DNA of 40,927 bases from Phycisphaerales bacterium (GCA_049449095.1 JBMTTG010000001.1:1-40927); one strand, 5' to 3'; shown: positions 19,461 to 30,035, counted from the stretch's first letter. Made by a program: numbers and translations. The notes: generated from the letters alone by a model not told the origin.

Positions 19461-21749
19461 ATGGCTCATGGACGAACCGCCGCCGCTCGCTCGGACTCGC
19501 GCCTCTCGGCCTGCGGCAGCCCCTATCTGCGGCAGCACGCGGGCAATCCGGTCGACTGGTGGCCATGGTCGGAGGCGGCCATCGAGGAGGCGAGGCGCCG
19601 CGACGTTCCGATCTTCCTCTCGATCGGCTACAGCACCTGCTACTGGTGCCACGTGATGGCGCGGGAGAGCTTCGAGGATCCCGCGACCGCGGCGATCATG
19701 AACGCCTCCTTCGTCAACGTGAAGGTCGATCGCGAGGAGCGGCCGGACGTCGACGAGATCTACATGACCGCCTGCCAGGCGTTCACCCGACTCACCGAGG
19801 GGCGGCCGAGCGGCGGATGGCCGTTGTCGGCCTTCCTCGAACCTCGCTCGCTCAAGCCCTTCTTCATCGGGACCTACTTTCCGCCCACGCCCGCGTTCGG
19901 GCGAGCAAGCTTCACGCAGGTGCTGGCGGCGCTCGCCGACGCCTGGGCCAACCGGCGTGGCGAGGTGGTGGGTCAGAGCACCCATCTGGGCGATCTCGTC
20001 GCCGAGGAACTCGAGTCGCGCTCGATGGACTCCGTCGCGCTCGATGCGGCGATCCTCGAGCGCGCCGCGGATGCGTTGCGGTCCTTCGAGGATCGCGAGC
20101 ACGGGGGCTTCGGCGGCGCCCCGAAGTTTCCGCAGCCGGTCTACCTCCGGCTGCTCGAGGCGGCGTCGGTCGCGCGGCCCGCTCTCGCATCGGCCGTCGA
20201 TCGGGCCCTCGAGGCGATGGCGCTCGGCGGGCTCTTCGATCACGTGGGCGGCGGCTTCCATCGGTACGCCGTCGACGCGACGTGGACGGTGCCGCACTTC
20301 GAGAAGATGCTCTACGACAACGGGCAGCTTGCGAAGGCGCTCGCGACGAGCCTGCGCCGCCGCCCCGAGCCCTTCCTGGCCAGAACCCTTCGCCGCACCC
20401 TCGAGTGGATGCTTCGCGAGATGCGGGTCGAGGGCGGATTCGCCGCCGCGCTCGATGCGGAGACGCAGGCTCGCGAGGGGCTCAGCTACCTGTGGACGCC
20501 CGAGGAGGTTCGCGCCACGCTCGACGAGGCGGGGCTCCACGACCTCGTCGACTGGGCCTTCGAGACCTACGGCCTCGCGAGCGAGGCGAACTTCCGCGAT
20601 CCGCACCATCCCGACGAGCCGCCCGCCTGGGTGCTTCGGCTCCAGGAGTCGCCGGCGAAGTTGGCCGATCGCGGCGGGTGCTCCCTCGCAGACGTTCTCG
20701 ATCGTCAGGAGCGTGTCGAGACGGCGCTCCGAATGGCGCGCGATCGTCGCGAACAACCAGCCCGCGACGACAAGGTGCTCGCGGGCTGGAACGGGCTGGC
20801 GATCGGCGGGCTCGCTCGTGGCGGCGAAGCGTTGGGCGAGGCGGGAACAGGCTTCATCGACGCGGCCGTCGCGATCGCCGACGAGGTGCTCTCACGCCAT
20901 CTCGTCGAAGACGGCACGCGGCTGCTGCGCACGCCGAGCGGAATCGCCGGCCAACTCGAGGATCACGCGCTCCTGGCGGAAGGCCTCCTCGATCTCGTCG
21001 CGGTGCTCGAGACGCGTCGTCCCGACGAGGCCCGCAGGATGCTCGAAGCGGCGGCTCGCCTCTCGGAGATCGCCGCCACGCGCTTCGGCGATCCCGCGGG
21101 CGGCTGGTTCGACACCGAGGCAGGGCAGTCGGATCTCTTCGTGCGTGCGAAGCGGATCGACGACGGCGCGGTGCCTTCGGGGGCGGGCACGATGATCCTC
21201 GTCGAACTCGAACTCGCCGCGCGCTCCAGCCGCCGGGGCCACCTCGATCGCGCCGTCGCCGCGATCGCGCGAAGCGCCGCGGCGATCGCCGGCAATCCGG
21301 GCGGTGCCGCGCTGGGCACGATCGCCGCAGCGCGGCTCACGCAGGTGGCGCCGGACCGGCTGCCGAGCGAGCCCGGCGGCTCGCCGGTTCCGGTCCGGGC
21401 CTCGCTGCATCCGGCGGTGCCGGCCTTCGGGCCCCGCGGCGACGCGACCGCGACGCTGCGACTCGAGATCGACCCGCCGCATCACATCAACGCGCACGAT
21501 CCCGGAGCGCCGGACCTCGTCGGGCTCGAGATCGCTTCGTCGAGCGAGGGCTTCGAGGTCGAGGCGCGGTATCCAGCCGGGGAGCTCTATCGCGAACAGC
21601 TGCGGGTGCACGCGCGACGCGTCGAGATCCCGCTCGCCCTTCGCCGTGCCCCCGGAGCGCCGGCGGTCTGCCGGATCTCGGTGCGGGCGCAGGCCTGCAC
21701 CGATCGCCATTGCCTTCCGCCGATCCTGCTCGAGGTGCCCGTCCCGTGA
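19461..21749 (+). CDS. Thioredoxin-domain protein of the YyaL/DUF255 (SPATA20-like) family, with an extra C-terminal DsbD-N-like domain (762 aa)
   Basis: ORF 19461..21749(+). Contains [47 protein letters not shown] and [12 protein letters not shown], the DUF255 thioredoxin-like domain plus six-hairpin-glycosidase-like body. The last ~120 aa end in [13 protein letters not shown]. Confidence 0.87.
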   Translation: MAHGRTAAARSDSRLSACGSPYLRQHAGNPVDWWPWSEAAIEEARRRDVPIFLSIGYSTCYWCHVMARESFEDPATAAIMNASFVNVKVDREERPDVDEIYMTACQAFTRLTEGRPSGGWPLSAFLEPRSLKPFFIGTYFPPTPAFGRASFTQVLAALADAWANRRGEVVGQSTHLGDLVAEELESRSMDSVALDAAILERAADALRSFEDREHGGFGGAPKFPQPVYLRLLEAASVARPALASAVDRALEAMALGGLFDHVGGGFHRYAVDATWTVPHFEKMLYDNGQLAKALATSLRRRPEPFLARTLRRTLEWMLREMRVEGGFAAALDAETQAREGLSYLWTPEEVRATLDEAGLHDLVDWAFETYGLASEANFRDPHHPDEPPAWVLRLQESPAKLADRGGCSLADVLDRQERVETALRMARDRREQPARDDKVLAGWNGLAIGGLARGGEALGEAGTGFIDAAVAIADEVLSRHLVEDGTRLLRTPSGIAGQLEDHALLAEGLLDLVAVLETRRPDEARRMLEAAARLSEIAATRFGDPAGGWFDTEAGQSDLFVRAKRIDDGAVPSGAGTMILVELELAARSSRRGHLDRAVAAIARSAAAIAGNPGGAALGTIAAARLTQVAPDRLPSEPGGSPVPVRASLHPAVPAFGPRGDATATLRLEIDPPHHINAHDPGAPDLVGLEIASSSEGFEVEARYPAGELYREQLRVHARRVEIPLALRRAPGAPAVCRISVRAQACTDRHCLPPILLEVPVP

Positions 21750-22315
21750 ACGCCGATCTTCCTCTGCGCCGCCGTCTCGCCATCGTCTCGACCGGCGGAA
21801 CGATCGAGAAGACCTACGACGAGCTCGGCGGCGTGCTCGCGAACGCCTTGGGCGAGCGGGTGAGCGTGCTCGACGTGATGCTCGCCTCGCTCGAGCTGCG
21901 CGATCTCGAGATCGAGCGGATCCCGCTCATGAACAAGGACAGCCTCGAGATGACGCCGGAGGATCACGAGGCGATCGCGGAGGCCGCCGAGCGGGCGCTC
22001 GAGACCCATGACGCGGTGCTTGTCGTCCACGGCACCGACCGGCTCGCGGTGAGCGGTGAGCGGATCCTCGAAAGGCTCTCCGCGGCGGGCTCGCTCCGCG
22101 GGCCGGTGGTGCTGACCGGCGCCATGCGGCCCTTCGAGCTGCGCCGCACCGACGCGCTGCAGAACCTCACCGAGGCGCTGCTCGCCGCGAGGGTGCTGCC
22201 GCCCGGGGTCTACTGCGTGCTGCACAACGAGGTGCTGCCGTTCCCGGGCGTCTACAAGGATCGGGGTGCGATGCGCTTTCGCCGTTCGGCGGGCGCGACG
22301 GAGAAGCGTCCATGA
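21746..22315 (+). CDS. Short L-asparaginase-family protein (N-terminal catalytic domain only, 189 aa)
   Basis: This is the C-terminal part of ORF 17492..22315(+). The GTG start at 21746 overlaps the upstream stop (GTGA). Motifs: VSTGGTIEK (Thr nucleophile), [15 protein letters not shown]. Confidence 0.8.
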   Translation: MNADLPLRRRLAIVSTGGTIEKTYDELGGVLANALGERVSVLDVMLASLELRDLEIERIPLMNKDSLEMTPEDHEAIAEAAERALETHDAVLVVHGTDRLAVSGERILERLSAAGSLRGPVVLTGAMRPFELRRTDALQNLTEALLAARVLPPGVYCVLHNEVLPFPGVYKDRGAMRFRRSAGATEKRP

Positions 22316-23910
22316 GCACGAATGCCGATCGCGGGCTCGCGGCCCGATTCCTGTCGTGGGTCGAGCGGGCCGGCAACCGCCTTCCCGATCCGGTCACGCT
22401 CTTCGCCGGCGGCGCAATCCTGGTGCTCGCCGCCTCGGCGCTCGCCGCGAGCCTTGGGTGGACCGAGCCGCACCCCACGAAGCCCGGCGTCGAGATCGAG
22501 GCGAAGAGCCTGCTCACGAGCGACGGACTTCGCTGGGTGTTCACGCACATGGTCGAGAACTTCACGAGCTTCCACCCGCTCGGGGTGGTGCTCGTGGCGA
22601 TGCTCGGGATCGGGATCGCGGAGCGGAGCGGCCTCATCGCGGTGCTGCTGCGCGGTCTGGTCGCGATCACGCCGCGTGCGCTCGTGACGCCGTCGCTGGT
22701 CCTCGTCGGCGTGCTCTCGAGCCTCGCGGCCGACGCGGGCTACGTGGTGCTGCCGCCGCTCGCCGCGGCGATCTTCGCGCGGATGGGACGCGCGCCGCTC
22801 GCGGGGCTCGCCGCGGTCTTCGTGGGCGTCGCGGGCGGATTCAGCGCGAACCTCGTCGTGACGAGCCTCGATCCGCTGCTGCAGGGGCTCACCCAGGAGT
22901 CGGCGCGGCTCATGGATCCGGAGGCCTACGTCCGCGTCGACTGCAATTGGTGGTTCATGATCGGCTCGACCTTCCTGATCACGATGGTCGGTTGGGCGGT
23001 GACGTCCTGGATCGTGGAGCCTCGCTTCGGCGCGGAAGAGATCCGCGCCCAGATCGCCGCCGGCGCCGCCTCGTCGGGAGAAGCCGGATCGACGCGCGAG
23101 TCCGGGCTCGATCGCGCCGAACGGCGCGGGCTCGCCTTCGCCGCGATCGGGTTCCTGCTCGCCGCAGTGGGCCTCGGACTCCTCATCGCGGTGCCCGGAG
23201 CGCCGCTTCACGGCGCCTACGAGAAGGTGCCGGGGCGCCCGCTGGTTCCGGTGTGGGCCGACGTGATCGTGCCGCTCATCTTCCTCGTCTTCCTCGTGCC
23301 TGGCGCGTGCTACGGGATCGGCGCCGGCTCGATCCGCTCCGATCGCGACGTCGCGAAGCTGCTCGGACAGAGCATGAGCTCGATGGGCACCTACATCGTG
23401 CTCGCGTTCTTCGCCGGGCAGTTCGTCGCATGGTTCCGCGAGTCGAACCTCGGCACGCTGCTCGCGGTCGCGGGCGTCGACTGGCTCCGGTCGTTCGGGC
23501 TTGGGCCGATGCCGCTGCTCATGGGGGTCGTCGGCCTCACCGCGTTCCTCAACCTCTTCCTCGGATCGGCGAGCGCGAAGTGGGCGCTGCTCGCGCCGGT
23601 CTTCGTGCCGCTCATGATGGGGCTCGGCCTCTCGCCGGAGCTCACGCAGGCGGGCTATCGCGTCGGAGACTCCGCCACGAACTCGATCGCGCCGCTCAAC
23701 CCGTACCTCGTCGTGATCCTCGTCTATCTCCGTCAGTACCAGCCGCAGGGCGGGCTCGGCTCGCTCGTCTCGCTGATGCTGCCCTACACGCTCGTCCTGC
23801 TCGTGGTGTGGACCGCGTTCCTGCTCGCATGGGCATGGCTCGGCGTTCCGCTCGGCCCCGGCGACGCGCCGCTCTTCATCGAGCCGCTCGGCGGCGCTTC
23901 CGGCGGATGA
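22312..23910 (+). CDS. abgT: AbgT-family transporter (p-aminobenzoyl-glutamate / antimetabolite transporter family)
   Basis: ORF 22312..23910(+), 532 aa. The N-terminus ...[19 protein letters not shown]... and [18 protein letters not shown] are typical of AbgT/MtrF. ATGA overlap with the asparaginase gene. Confidence 0.88.
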   Translation: MSTNADRGLAARFLSWVERAGNRLPDPVTLFAGGAILVLAASALAASLGWTEPHPTKPGVEIEAKSLLTSDGLRWVFTHMVENFTSFHPLGVVLVAMLGIGIAERSGLIAVLLRGLVAITPRALVTPSLVLVGVLSSLAADAGYVVLPPLAAAIFARMGRAPLAGLAAVFVGVAGGFSANLVVTSLDPLLQGLTQESARLMDPEAYVRVDCNWWFMIGSTFLITMVGWAVTSWIVEPRFGAEEIRAQIAAGAASSGEAGSTRESGLDRAERRGLAFAAIGFLLAAVGLGLLIAVPGAPLHGAYEKVPGRPLVPVWADVIVPLIFLVFLVPGACYGIGAGSIRSDRDVAKLLGQSMSSMGTYIVLAFFAGQFVAWFRESNLGTLLAVAGVDWLRSFGLGPMPLLMGVVGLTAFLNLFLGSASAKWALLAPVFVPLMMGLGLSPELTQAGYRVGDSATNSIAPLNPYLVVILVYLRQYQPQGGLGSLVSLMLPYTLVLLVVWTAFLLAWAWLGVPLGPGDAPLFIEPLGGASGG

Positions 23911-23962
23911 TCGCTCGATCCGTACACTCCGAGGCGACACCCCTTCGCGAGGCCCCCCACGC

Positions 23963-25981
23963 ATGAGCAAGTTCCTCACCCTGCCGGACCAGAAGCTCAC
24001 CACGATGCCCGGCGGCGTGCCCTTCATCGTGGGCAACGAGGCGGCGGAGCGGTTCAGCTTCTACGGGATGAAGACGATTCTCGTCGTCTTCATGACCCAG
24101 TACCTCATGAACGCCTCGGGACAGTGCGCGTTCATGAGCGAGGCGGAGGCGCGGGAGAACCTCGCGTGGTTCACCGCGAGCGCGTACTTCTTCCCGGTGA
24201 TCGGAGCGATCGTCGCGGACGCGATCCTCGGCAAGTACCTCACGATCATGCTGCTCTCGTGGGTCTACTGCCTCGGGCACCTGGCCCTGGCGCTCATGGA
24301 CATGCCGCCGGCGGCGCTCGAGGCGAGCTTCGATCCGAAGACCTGGATGCTCATCGGGCTCTTCCTGATCGCGGTGGGCTCGGGCGGCATCAAGCCCTGC
24401 GTCTCGGCGCACGTGGGCGACCAGTTCGGCGCCGGCAACAAGCACCTGCTCTCGAAGATCTTCGGCTGGTTCTACTTCTCGATCAACTTCGGCAGCTTCT
24501 TCTCGACGCTGCTGACGCCGTGGCTTCTCAAGTGGCACGGGCCTTCGTGGGCCTTCGGCGTGCCGGGCGTCCTGATGTTCATCGCGACGGTCGTCTTCTG
24601 GTTGGGACGGCATCGCTTCGTGCACGTGCAGCCGCGCGGCTTCGCGTTCATCCGCGAGACCTTCACCGGCGACGGGCTTCGCACGATCCTGAAGCTCATC
24701 CCGGTGTACCTCTTCATCTCGGTCTTCTGGTCGCTCTACGACCAGACCGGCGGGGCGTGGGTGCTGCAGGCGGCGAGGATGGACCGCGAGTTCCTCGGCG
24801 TCGAGTGGCTCGAGAGCCAGGTGCAGGCGATCAATCCGCTGCTGATCCTCGCCTTCATCCCGCTCTTCTCCTACGCGATCTATCCGGCGATCTCGAAGGT
24901 GTTCCCGCTCACGCCGATCCGGCGCATCTCGATCGGGCTCTTCATCACCGTGGCGGCGTTCGGCCTCTCGGGGCTCATCGAGAGCTGGATCGACCAGGGA
25001 CTCACCCCGAACATCCGCTGGCAGCTGCTCGCCTACGTGATCATCACCGCGGCCGAAGTGATGGTCTCGATCACCGGGCTCGAGTTCAGCTACACCCAGG
25101 CGCCGCCGCAGATGAAGTCGTTCGTGATGAGCCTCTTCCTGCTGACGGTCTCGGTGGGCAACGTCTTCACCGCGATCGTCAACAACGTGATCCAGGTGCC
25201 GTCGCGGATCGACTCGGTCCATGCCGCGGTCGCGGCGCACACCTCCCGAAGCGGCGAGCTCGATGGAGGCGGCCTCGAGGCGTCGCTCCGGGATCTCGGC
25301 GCGACGGTGGTCAAGGATGCGGAGTCGTGGAAGGTGACCCTCTCCTCCGGCCGTGCCGACGACGGCCTCGCCTTCGCGATCGCGGGCGACGGCTCGCTCG
25401 GTGCGATCGAGACCGCGGCGGATCCCTCGATCGCCGAGGCGCAGGCGAAGGTCGAGCAGGCGTGGCGCGAGTCGGGATCCGACGACGCGAGCCGGACGCT
25501 GCCTTCGGCGGCGGATGGAGCATCGCTCGTCGCCGGGCTCGCCGATCCGTGGGGCCATCCGCTCGCCTACCGGCTCGTCTCGCCGGATCGCTTCGCGATC
25601 GAGAGTGTCGGGCCGGATGGCGCGGCGCGGAGCGACGACGACATCCGCTCCGTCACCACGCTCACGCTGCCCGACGCGGGCGAGGCCGTGGAAGCGCCGC
25701 TCGATTGGCGGGATCGGCATGTGCCCTGCGCCAAGGACGGCGTCGTGAGCGGCGTCGCCGAAGCGACCTTCACCACCCGCGTCTCGATCGGAGGCGGCGA
25801 ACTGCTCGCGGGTGCGGACTACTACTGGTTCTTCACCACCGTGATGGCGATCGCGGCGGGGCTCTTCGTCTTCGTCGCGATGGTCTACCGGCCAAAGGAG
25901 TACATCCAGGGCGAGGGCGCCGGCTCGGATCCGGACGCCTTCGAGCGGCGGGAGAATCTCGGGCAGCTCGACGATCGCTGA
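23963..25981 (+). CDS. POT/PTR2-family proton-dependent oligopeptide transporter with a ~200-aa soluble insertion before the last TM helix (672 aa)
   Basis: ORF 23963..25981(+). Contains [21 protein letters not shown] (the ExxERFxYY-type motif region), [17 protein letters not shown] and [10 protein letters not shown]. Residues ~411-618 are hydrophilic. Confidence 0.9.
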   Translation: MSKFLTLPDQKLTTMPGGVPFIVGNEAAERFSFYGMKTILVVFMTQYLMNASGQCAFMSEAEARENLAWFTASAYFFPVIGAIVADAILGKYLTIMLLSWVYCLGHLALALMDMPPAALEASFDPKTWMLIGLFLIAVGSGGIKPCVSAHVGDQFGAGNKHLLSKIFGWFYFSINFGSFFSTLLTPWLLKWHGPSWAFGVPGVLMFIATVVFWLGRHRFVHVQPRGFAFIRETFTGDGLRTILKLIPVYLFISVFWSLYDQTGGAWVLQAARMDREFLGVEWLESQVQAINPLLILAFIPLFSYAIYPAISKVFPLTPIRRISIGLFITVAAFGLSGLIESWIDQGLTPNIRWQLLAYVIITAAEVMVSITGLEFSYTQAPPQMKSFVMSLFLLTVSVGNVFTAIVNNVIQVPSRIDSVHAAVAAHTSRSGELDGGGLEASLRDLGATVVKDAESWKVTLSSGRADDGLAFAIAGDGSLGAIETAADPSIAEAQAKVEQAWRESGSDDASRTLPSAADGASLVAGLADPWGHPLAYRLVSPDRFAIESVGPDGAARSDDDIRSVTTLTLPDAGEAVEAPLDWRDRHVPCAKDGVVSGVAEATFTTRVSIGGGELLAGADYYWFFTTVMAIAAGLFVFVAMVYRPKEYIQGEGAGSDPDAFERRENLGQLDDR

Positions 25982-26039
25982 GTCCGGCGGAGGGTTCGCC
26001 ATCGACACGCCGCGCCTGATTCCGCTCCGCCGACCGCCG

Positions 26040-26672
26040 GTGGTGAACCTCGTGCCCGGCGCGTTCGTGCCGGCGGATCCGCCGCTCGAGGCGATCGATG
26101 CGCAGTGGGACGCGATGCGGGCCGCGAATCCGCGGTTCTTCGACGGACGGGCGCTGCATGTGCTCGGCGTCTCGCGCAACGGCCACGGTGGCGTGGTCGT
26201 GCATGCGATGGAGACCGCCTACCGCTTCTACGCGGTGATCCGCGAGGGGCTCGACACCGGCGTGCGCCCGCTCGGCGTGAAGGGCATCGCCGCCGAAGCC
26301 GCCGCAGCCTCCGCGCCCCCGCGGTGGCTCATGGGACGCCGCGCGTCGAACGTCGCGTACTACCCCGATCAATGGGAGTTCGTGCCGGGCGGTTGCCTCG
26401 AGCCCGACGTCGATCCGGCGGCGATGCTGCTGCGGGAACTCGGCGAGGAGTCGGGCTTCGAGGCGGCGGCGCCTCCGGTGCCGGTGGCGCTCCTCTACGA
26501 CCCCTCCGCGTTCACGTGGGAGATCGTGCATCGGATCGAGGTGCGGACGAGAGACGGCATCGATCCGCCCGGATGGGAGTACCGCGAACTGCGATTCGTC
26601 GCGCGAGGCGAGGAGCCGTCGCCGCTGTCGCCGATCGCCGAGCGGATGCTTTCGTTGCGAGTGCCCTTGTGA
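26040..26672 (+). CDS. NUDIX-family hydrolase
   Basis: ORF 26040..26672(+). Nudix box PGGCLEPDVDPAAMLLRELGEESGF (GX5EX7REUXEEXGU pattern). Confidence 0.8.
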   Translation: MVNLVPGAFVPADPPLEAIDAQWDAMRAANPRFFDGRALHVLGVSRNGHGGVVVHAMETAYRFYAVIREGLDTGVRPLGVKGIAAEAAAASAPPRWLMGRRASNVAYYPDQWEFVPGGCLEPDVDPAAMLLRELGEESGFEAAAPPVPVALLYDPSAFTWEIVHRIEVRTRDGIDPPGWEYRELRFVARGEEPSPLSPIAERMLSLRVPL

Positions 26673-27361
26673 CGCGGCTCGAGATCGCCTTCGAATCGCC
26701 GCGGGAACTCATCCTCCGCAAGCCGGCGGGCGTTTCGTGCGAACTGCCCGGCGAGGCACGTTCGCGGTCGTGGATCGCGGCGATGGAGGTCTCGCTCGGG
26801 GGCTCGTTGCGGCTCTGCCATCGGCTCGACCGGATCGCCCAAGGGCTCGTGCTCGTGGCACGAGACCGCGAGGCCGCGGCGTTCCATGCCGAGGCGTTTC
26901 GCGCGCGACGCGTTCGCAAGAGCTATCTCGCGCGGGTCGAGGGCGATCCTTCGGAGCATCTCGGAACCGTGCGGGCGTACCTCAAGCGCCTCGGCCGGAT
27001 CGCGAAGGTCGTGCGCAGCGGCGGCGATCCGGCATCGATGGAACTGCTCGCCTCGTTCGCGGCGCCACGCCGAGCCGGAGAGCACCATGTGCTCGTTCGG
27101 CTGCACACCGGACGCTTCCATCAGATCCGTTCGATGCTCGCGGCACTGGGCCATCCGCTCGCCGGCGACACCGACTACGGGGGCGCCGCTTCGGCGGGAC
27201 CGCCGTGGCTCGAGTCGGCGGTGCTGGGTCTTCGTTCGGCCGCGAACGAAGCATGGCTTGTCGCCGGGGCGGCGGACGATCCTCGGCGCGAACCGGTCGC
27301 GCCCGAGATGGCGCAGGCGATCGAACGTGAACTGATGGCGGCGCGGGAACCGCTCACCTGA
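26669..27361 (+). CDS. RluA-family pseudouridine synthase
   Basis: This is the C-terminal 230 aa of ORF 26105..27361(+). The GTG start at 26669 overlaps the NUDIX stop (GTGA). Motifs: HRLDRIAQGLVLVA (catalytic Asp), KSYLARV, TGRFHQIRSMLAALGHPLAGD. Confidence 0.85.
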   Translation: MTRLEIAFESPRELILRKPAGVSCELPGEARSRSWIAAMEVSLGGSLRLCHRLDRIAQGLVLVARDREAAAFHAEAFRARRVRKSYLARVEGDPSEHLGTVRAYLKRLGRIAKVVRSGGDPASMELLASFAAPRRAGEHHVLVRLHTGRFHQIRSMLAALGHPLAGDTDYGGAASAGPPWLESAVLGLRSAANEAWLVAGAADDPRREPVAPEMAQAIERELMAAREPLT

Positions 27362-27995
27362 CCGCGAGCAGGGCCTCGGCCGATCGCGAGGCATCCACCC
27401 AGTAGGGGCGGCCGATCGCATCGGTGACGAGTTGGCTCACCGCCTGCCGAAGGCGGATCGCCCGCTCGGGTTCGAAGGTCGCGGAGAAGGTGCCGGTGAT
27501 CGACGCGGGGCTCGCCAGATCGACGAAGCCCGGCGTCGAGGCGATGAGCGAGAGCGTCGAAGCCTCGATCGAGATCGAGTAGTCGCCCTTGCCGAGCTTG
27601 CCGCTCGGCCAGCAGAAGCCGGCGCCGCCGTAGACGCCCACCTCGCCGCCGCTGAAGACGATCCAGCGCAGCGTCACGTTGGTCGCGGTCGGATCGACCG
27701 GCGTGTAGCCGGGTTTCGGCCCCCAGAGGATCTGCGCGTGCAGGACGCTGCCGGTCTCGGGCGGGCCGTTCAGCAGTTCGTAGAGCGTGACATCCGAGAA
27801 GAGCATGCTCGTCTCGGAGGCTTGCACGACGTACGAGGCCTCGACGAACGACAACTCGAGCGACACCGGTTCGGCGTCGAGCGAGGTCATGGTGGGGGCG
27901 CGATCGAAGAGGCTGCAGCCGGCGAGGGCGATCGAAAGCAGGCCGCCGAGGGTCGGGCCGAGCAGAACGGATCTGGAGAAGCCGAGGGGCGCCAT
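27354..27995 (-). CDS. Hypothetical lipoprotein (213 aa)
   Basis: This is the C-terminal part of ORF 27354..28373(-), with the ATG at 27995. Signal peptide with lipobox LSIALAGC, then a beta-rich mature part. No family recognised. Confidence 0.65.
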   Translation of the reverse strand: MAPLGFSRSVLLGPTLGGLLSIALAGCSLFDRAPTMTSLDAEPVSLELSFVEASYVVQASETSMLFSDVTLYELLNGPPETGSVLHAQILWGPKPGYTPVDPTATNVTLRWIVFSGGEVGVYGGAGFCWPSGKLGKGDYSISIEASTLSLIASTPGFVDLASPASITGTFSATFEPERAIRLRQAVSQLVTDAIGRPYWVDASRSAEALLAVR

Positions 27996-27999
27996 CGAC

Positions 28000-28911
28000 T
28001 CAGACGAGCCGCCGCTCCGGCGTCGCAGCGGCCGCCTTGGTCGCGTGCGGTGCCGGCGGGAGCACCTCGAACTCGATCCCGAGCGAGGCGAGGCTGTCGC
28101 GCTCGACGATCGACTTGAGCGCCGCCCGCGGGATCGAGGGCAGGGGCGTGCCGTGCGCAAAGGAGTTGACCGAGTAGATCGTCTCGATCGCCTTCGCCGG
28201 AGAGAGTTGCGGGAAGCCGGAGGCGAAGAGCAGGCGGTCGAGCACCCCGTGGGATGATGCGGCGTGCAGCGCCTCGAAGAGCTGCCAGGGGCGGCCGACG
28301 AGCCCCGCGAGATCCGCGAAGACTCGGTCGTGCTTGGCGAGCAGCAACACCGTCTCGGGCACCCACGGCTCACCGAGCCCTCCGAGGACGATCGGCAGTC
28401 GCGGGAAGCTGCGAGCCACCTCGTCCCAGGCGAGCGGACGGTCGAATTCGAGTCGGCAGTCGGCGCCGATCAATCCCGGGCGTGAGGCCCAGACCGGCAA
28501 CCCGAGGCGCTCGGCAAGCTCGAAGACCTGCATGGCGGCGGAGTGGGTCGGGTGGAATCCTTGGGTGGAGGGACTCACCGCGAGCCCGCTCATGCCGAGT
28601 TCGCGGGCCCGCAGCACCTGCGACTCCGGATCCTCGGCAAGCGGATCGATGCCCGCGACGCCGACGATCCGGCCCGGGTGCCGCCGCATCTGCTCCGCGA
28701 TGAACTCCGTCGGGATCGCCGCGCCGATCCGATCGCAGCGGAACCCAAGCAGGCACGTCGCCGAGACGCAGTCCATCTCCGTCGCGAGGCGGCTTGGAGA
28801 CGCGTCGACGGGCACCGGCCGGGTCGCGTCGAGCCGCCGCAGGCGGTCGGCGAGTGCGGGTCCAAGCTGCTCGGCGGAACTCCACGCGCGGGTCTGCAGG
28901 TCGACGATCAT
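28000..28911 (-). CDS. Amidohydrolase-2 (TIM-barrel metal-dependent hydrolase) fold protein with apparently degenerate metal ligands
   Basis: ORF 28000..28911(-), 303 aa. The spacing and context match the PF04909-type consensus as I recall it (...VGVAGIDP..., ...GLPVW.S..G, FPRLPIVLGGLGEPW, DRLLFASGFP), but the His/Asp positions are substituted. Confidence 0.7.
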   Translation of the reverse strand: MIVDLQTRAWSSAEQLGPALADRLRRLDATRPVPVDASPSRLATEMDCVSATCLLGFRCDRIGAAIPTEFIAEQMRRHPGRIVGVAGIDPLAEDPESQVLRARELGMSGLAVSPSTQGFHPTHSAAMQVFELAERLGLPVWASRPGLIGADCRLEFDRPLAWDEVARSFPRLPIVLGGLGEPWVPETVLLLAKHDRVFADLAGLVGRPWQLFEALHAASSHGVLDRLLFASGFPQLSPAKAIETIYSVNSFAHGTPLPSIPRAALKSIVERDSLASLGIEFEVLPPAPHATKAAAATPERRLV

Positions 28912-29180
28912 TCAGGCAGGTTCCGCGAAGACCGGTGGGACCGGGCTCCGGAAGGCGAAACGGGAGTCCCACATCATGGGCAAACCATCGGGGAATGGGA
29001 AGCGCCGCGTGGTGGGGTTCGGGGAGCAGGTGTATCGCCACGCAGGTCGGCCGCCCTGCAGAAGCGACGCCCCGCGGGACTTGCGAGCACTGCCCCGGGT
29101 TCGCCGTAGGATCCGCCAATTCGCCTTTCGAACCCCGCTTGGGGGCATCGGGATCGCGCCCTTCCTCGAACGCGGCTGCC

Positions 29181-30035
29181 ATGACTCGCCCCTTCGCCCC
29201 CACCGAGACCCCGCCGATCGCCGCGGGAGAACCCGCGTGGGGGGCGGATCGGCTCAGCGGCAACCCGCATGAGGACCGCGAGAAGGCCCTCCGGGTGCAT
29301 GCGATGTTCGAGGCGATCGCGCGGCGGTACGACCTCAACAACCGGCTCCATTCGTTCGGACGCGACGTCGCGTGGCGGCGGGCGGCGGTTCGAGCGGCGG
29401 GCCTCGGCCCCCACGAGGAGGTGCTCGATGTCGCGTGCGGCACCGGCGATCTCTCGGCGGCGCTGCACGAAGCCGGGGTCCGGCGGGTTCTCGGCGTCGA
29501 CTTCAGCCAGGCGATGCTCGACCTGGCGGTCGTCAAGTCGCGGCGGCTTCGGGGCCCGGGCGCCATCGAGTACCGGCTCGGCGACGCGATGAACCTCGAT
29601 CTGCCGGACGCCTCCTTCGACGCGGTCACCATCGCCTTCGGCCTTCGCAACGTGGCGGAGCCGCCACGGGCGCTTCGCGAGTTTCGCCGCGTGCTCCGTC
29701 CGGGCGGCAGGCTCGTGGTGCTCGAGTTCAGCGAGCCTCGGCAGCCGCTGGTGCGTTGGGTGAACCGCCTCTACACCGAGCGGATCATGCCGGTCACCGC
29801 GACGGTCGTCTCGGGCGATCGCTCCGGGGCGTATCGATACCTGCCTCGTTCGGTCCGAACCTTCCCGGATCCGGTCGCGCTCTCGGCGGAGATCGCGGCC
29901 GCGGGATTCACCGGCGTCTCGCGGACCCCGCTCACCTTCGGGGTCTGCACGATCCACGCCGCGCGGGTTCCTGCCGGTTCCGAGACGGAATCGATGCAAC
30001 TCGCGACCCCGGGCGACCCTACACTCCGTTCGTGA
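29181..30035 (+). CDS. ubiE: Demethylmenaquinone / ubiquinone C-methyltransferase UbiE/MenG
   Basis: This is the C-terminal 284 aa of ORF 28794..30035(+), with the ATG at 29181. Motifs: VHAMFEAIARRYDLNNRLHSFG.D..WRR, SAM motif VLDVACGTGD, FGLRNV, and the YRYLPRSVRTFP region. Confidence 0.9.
   Translation: MTRPFAPTETPPIAAGEPAWGADRLSGNPHEDREKALRVHAMFEAIARRYDLNNRLHSFGRDVAWRRAAVRAAGLGPHEEVLDVACGTGDLSAALHEAGVRRVLGVDFSQAMLDLAVVKSRRLRGPGAIEYRLGDAMNLDLPDASFDAVTIAFGLRNVAEPPRALREFRRVLRPGGRLVVLEFSEPRQPLVRWVNRLYTERIMPVTATVVSGDRSGAYRYLPRSVRTFPDPVALSAEIAAAGFTGVSRTPLTFGVCTIHAARVPAGSETESMQLATPGDPTLRS

Noticed and set aside
17492-21745. First ~1400 codons of the 1607-aa ORF 17492..22315(+)
   Set aside because: Only the last 189 codons, from the GTG at 21746, are protein-like (asparaginase motifs). 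The remainder is R/G/A/P-rich and overlaps real genes on both strands.
22252-26179. Long minus-strand ORFs 22252..24036 (594 aa) and 23876..26179 (767 aa)
   Set aside because: They lie antisense to the AbgT and POT transporter genes. Their composition (R/E/D/G/H/P runs) is not protein-like.
28912-29180. ECF-type promoter (GGAAC-N16-CGT-like) upstream of the ubiE-sigma operon
   Set aside because: Only a weak GAAC...CGG match is present in the divergent intergenic region. That is not distinguishable from chance at this GC content without the sigma group's known consensus or transcript mapping.
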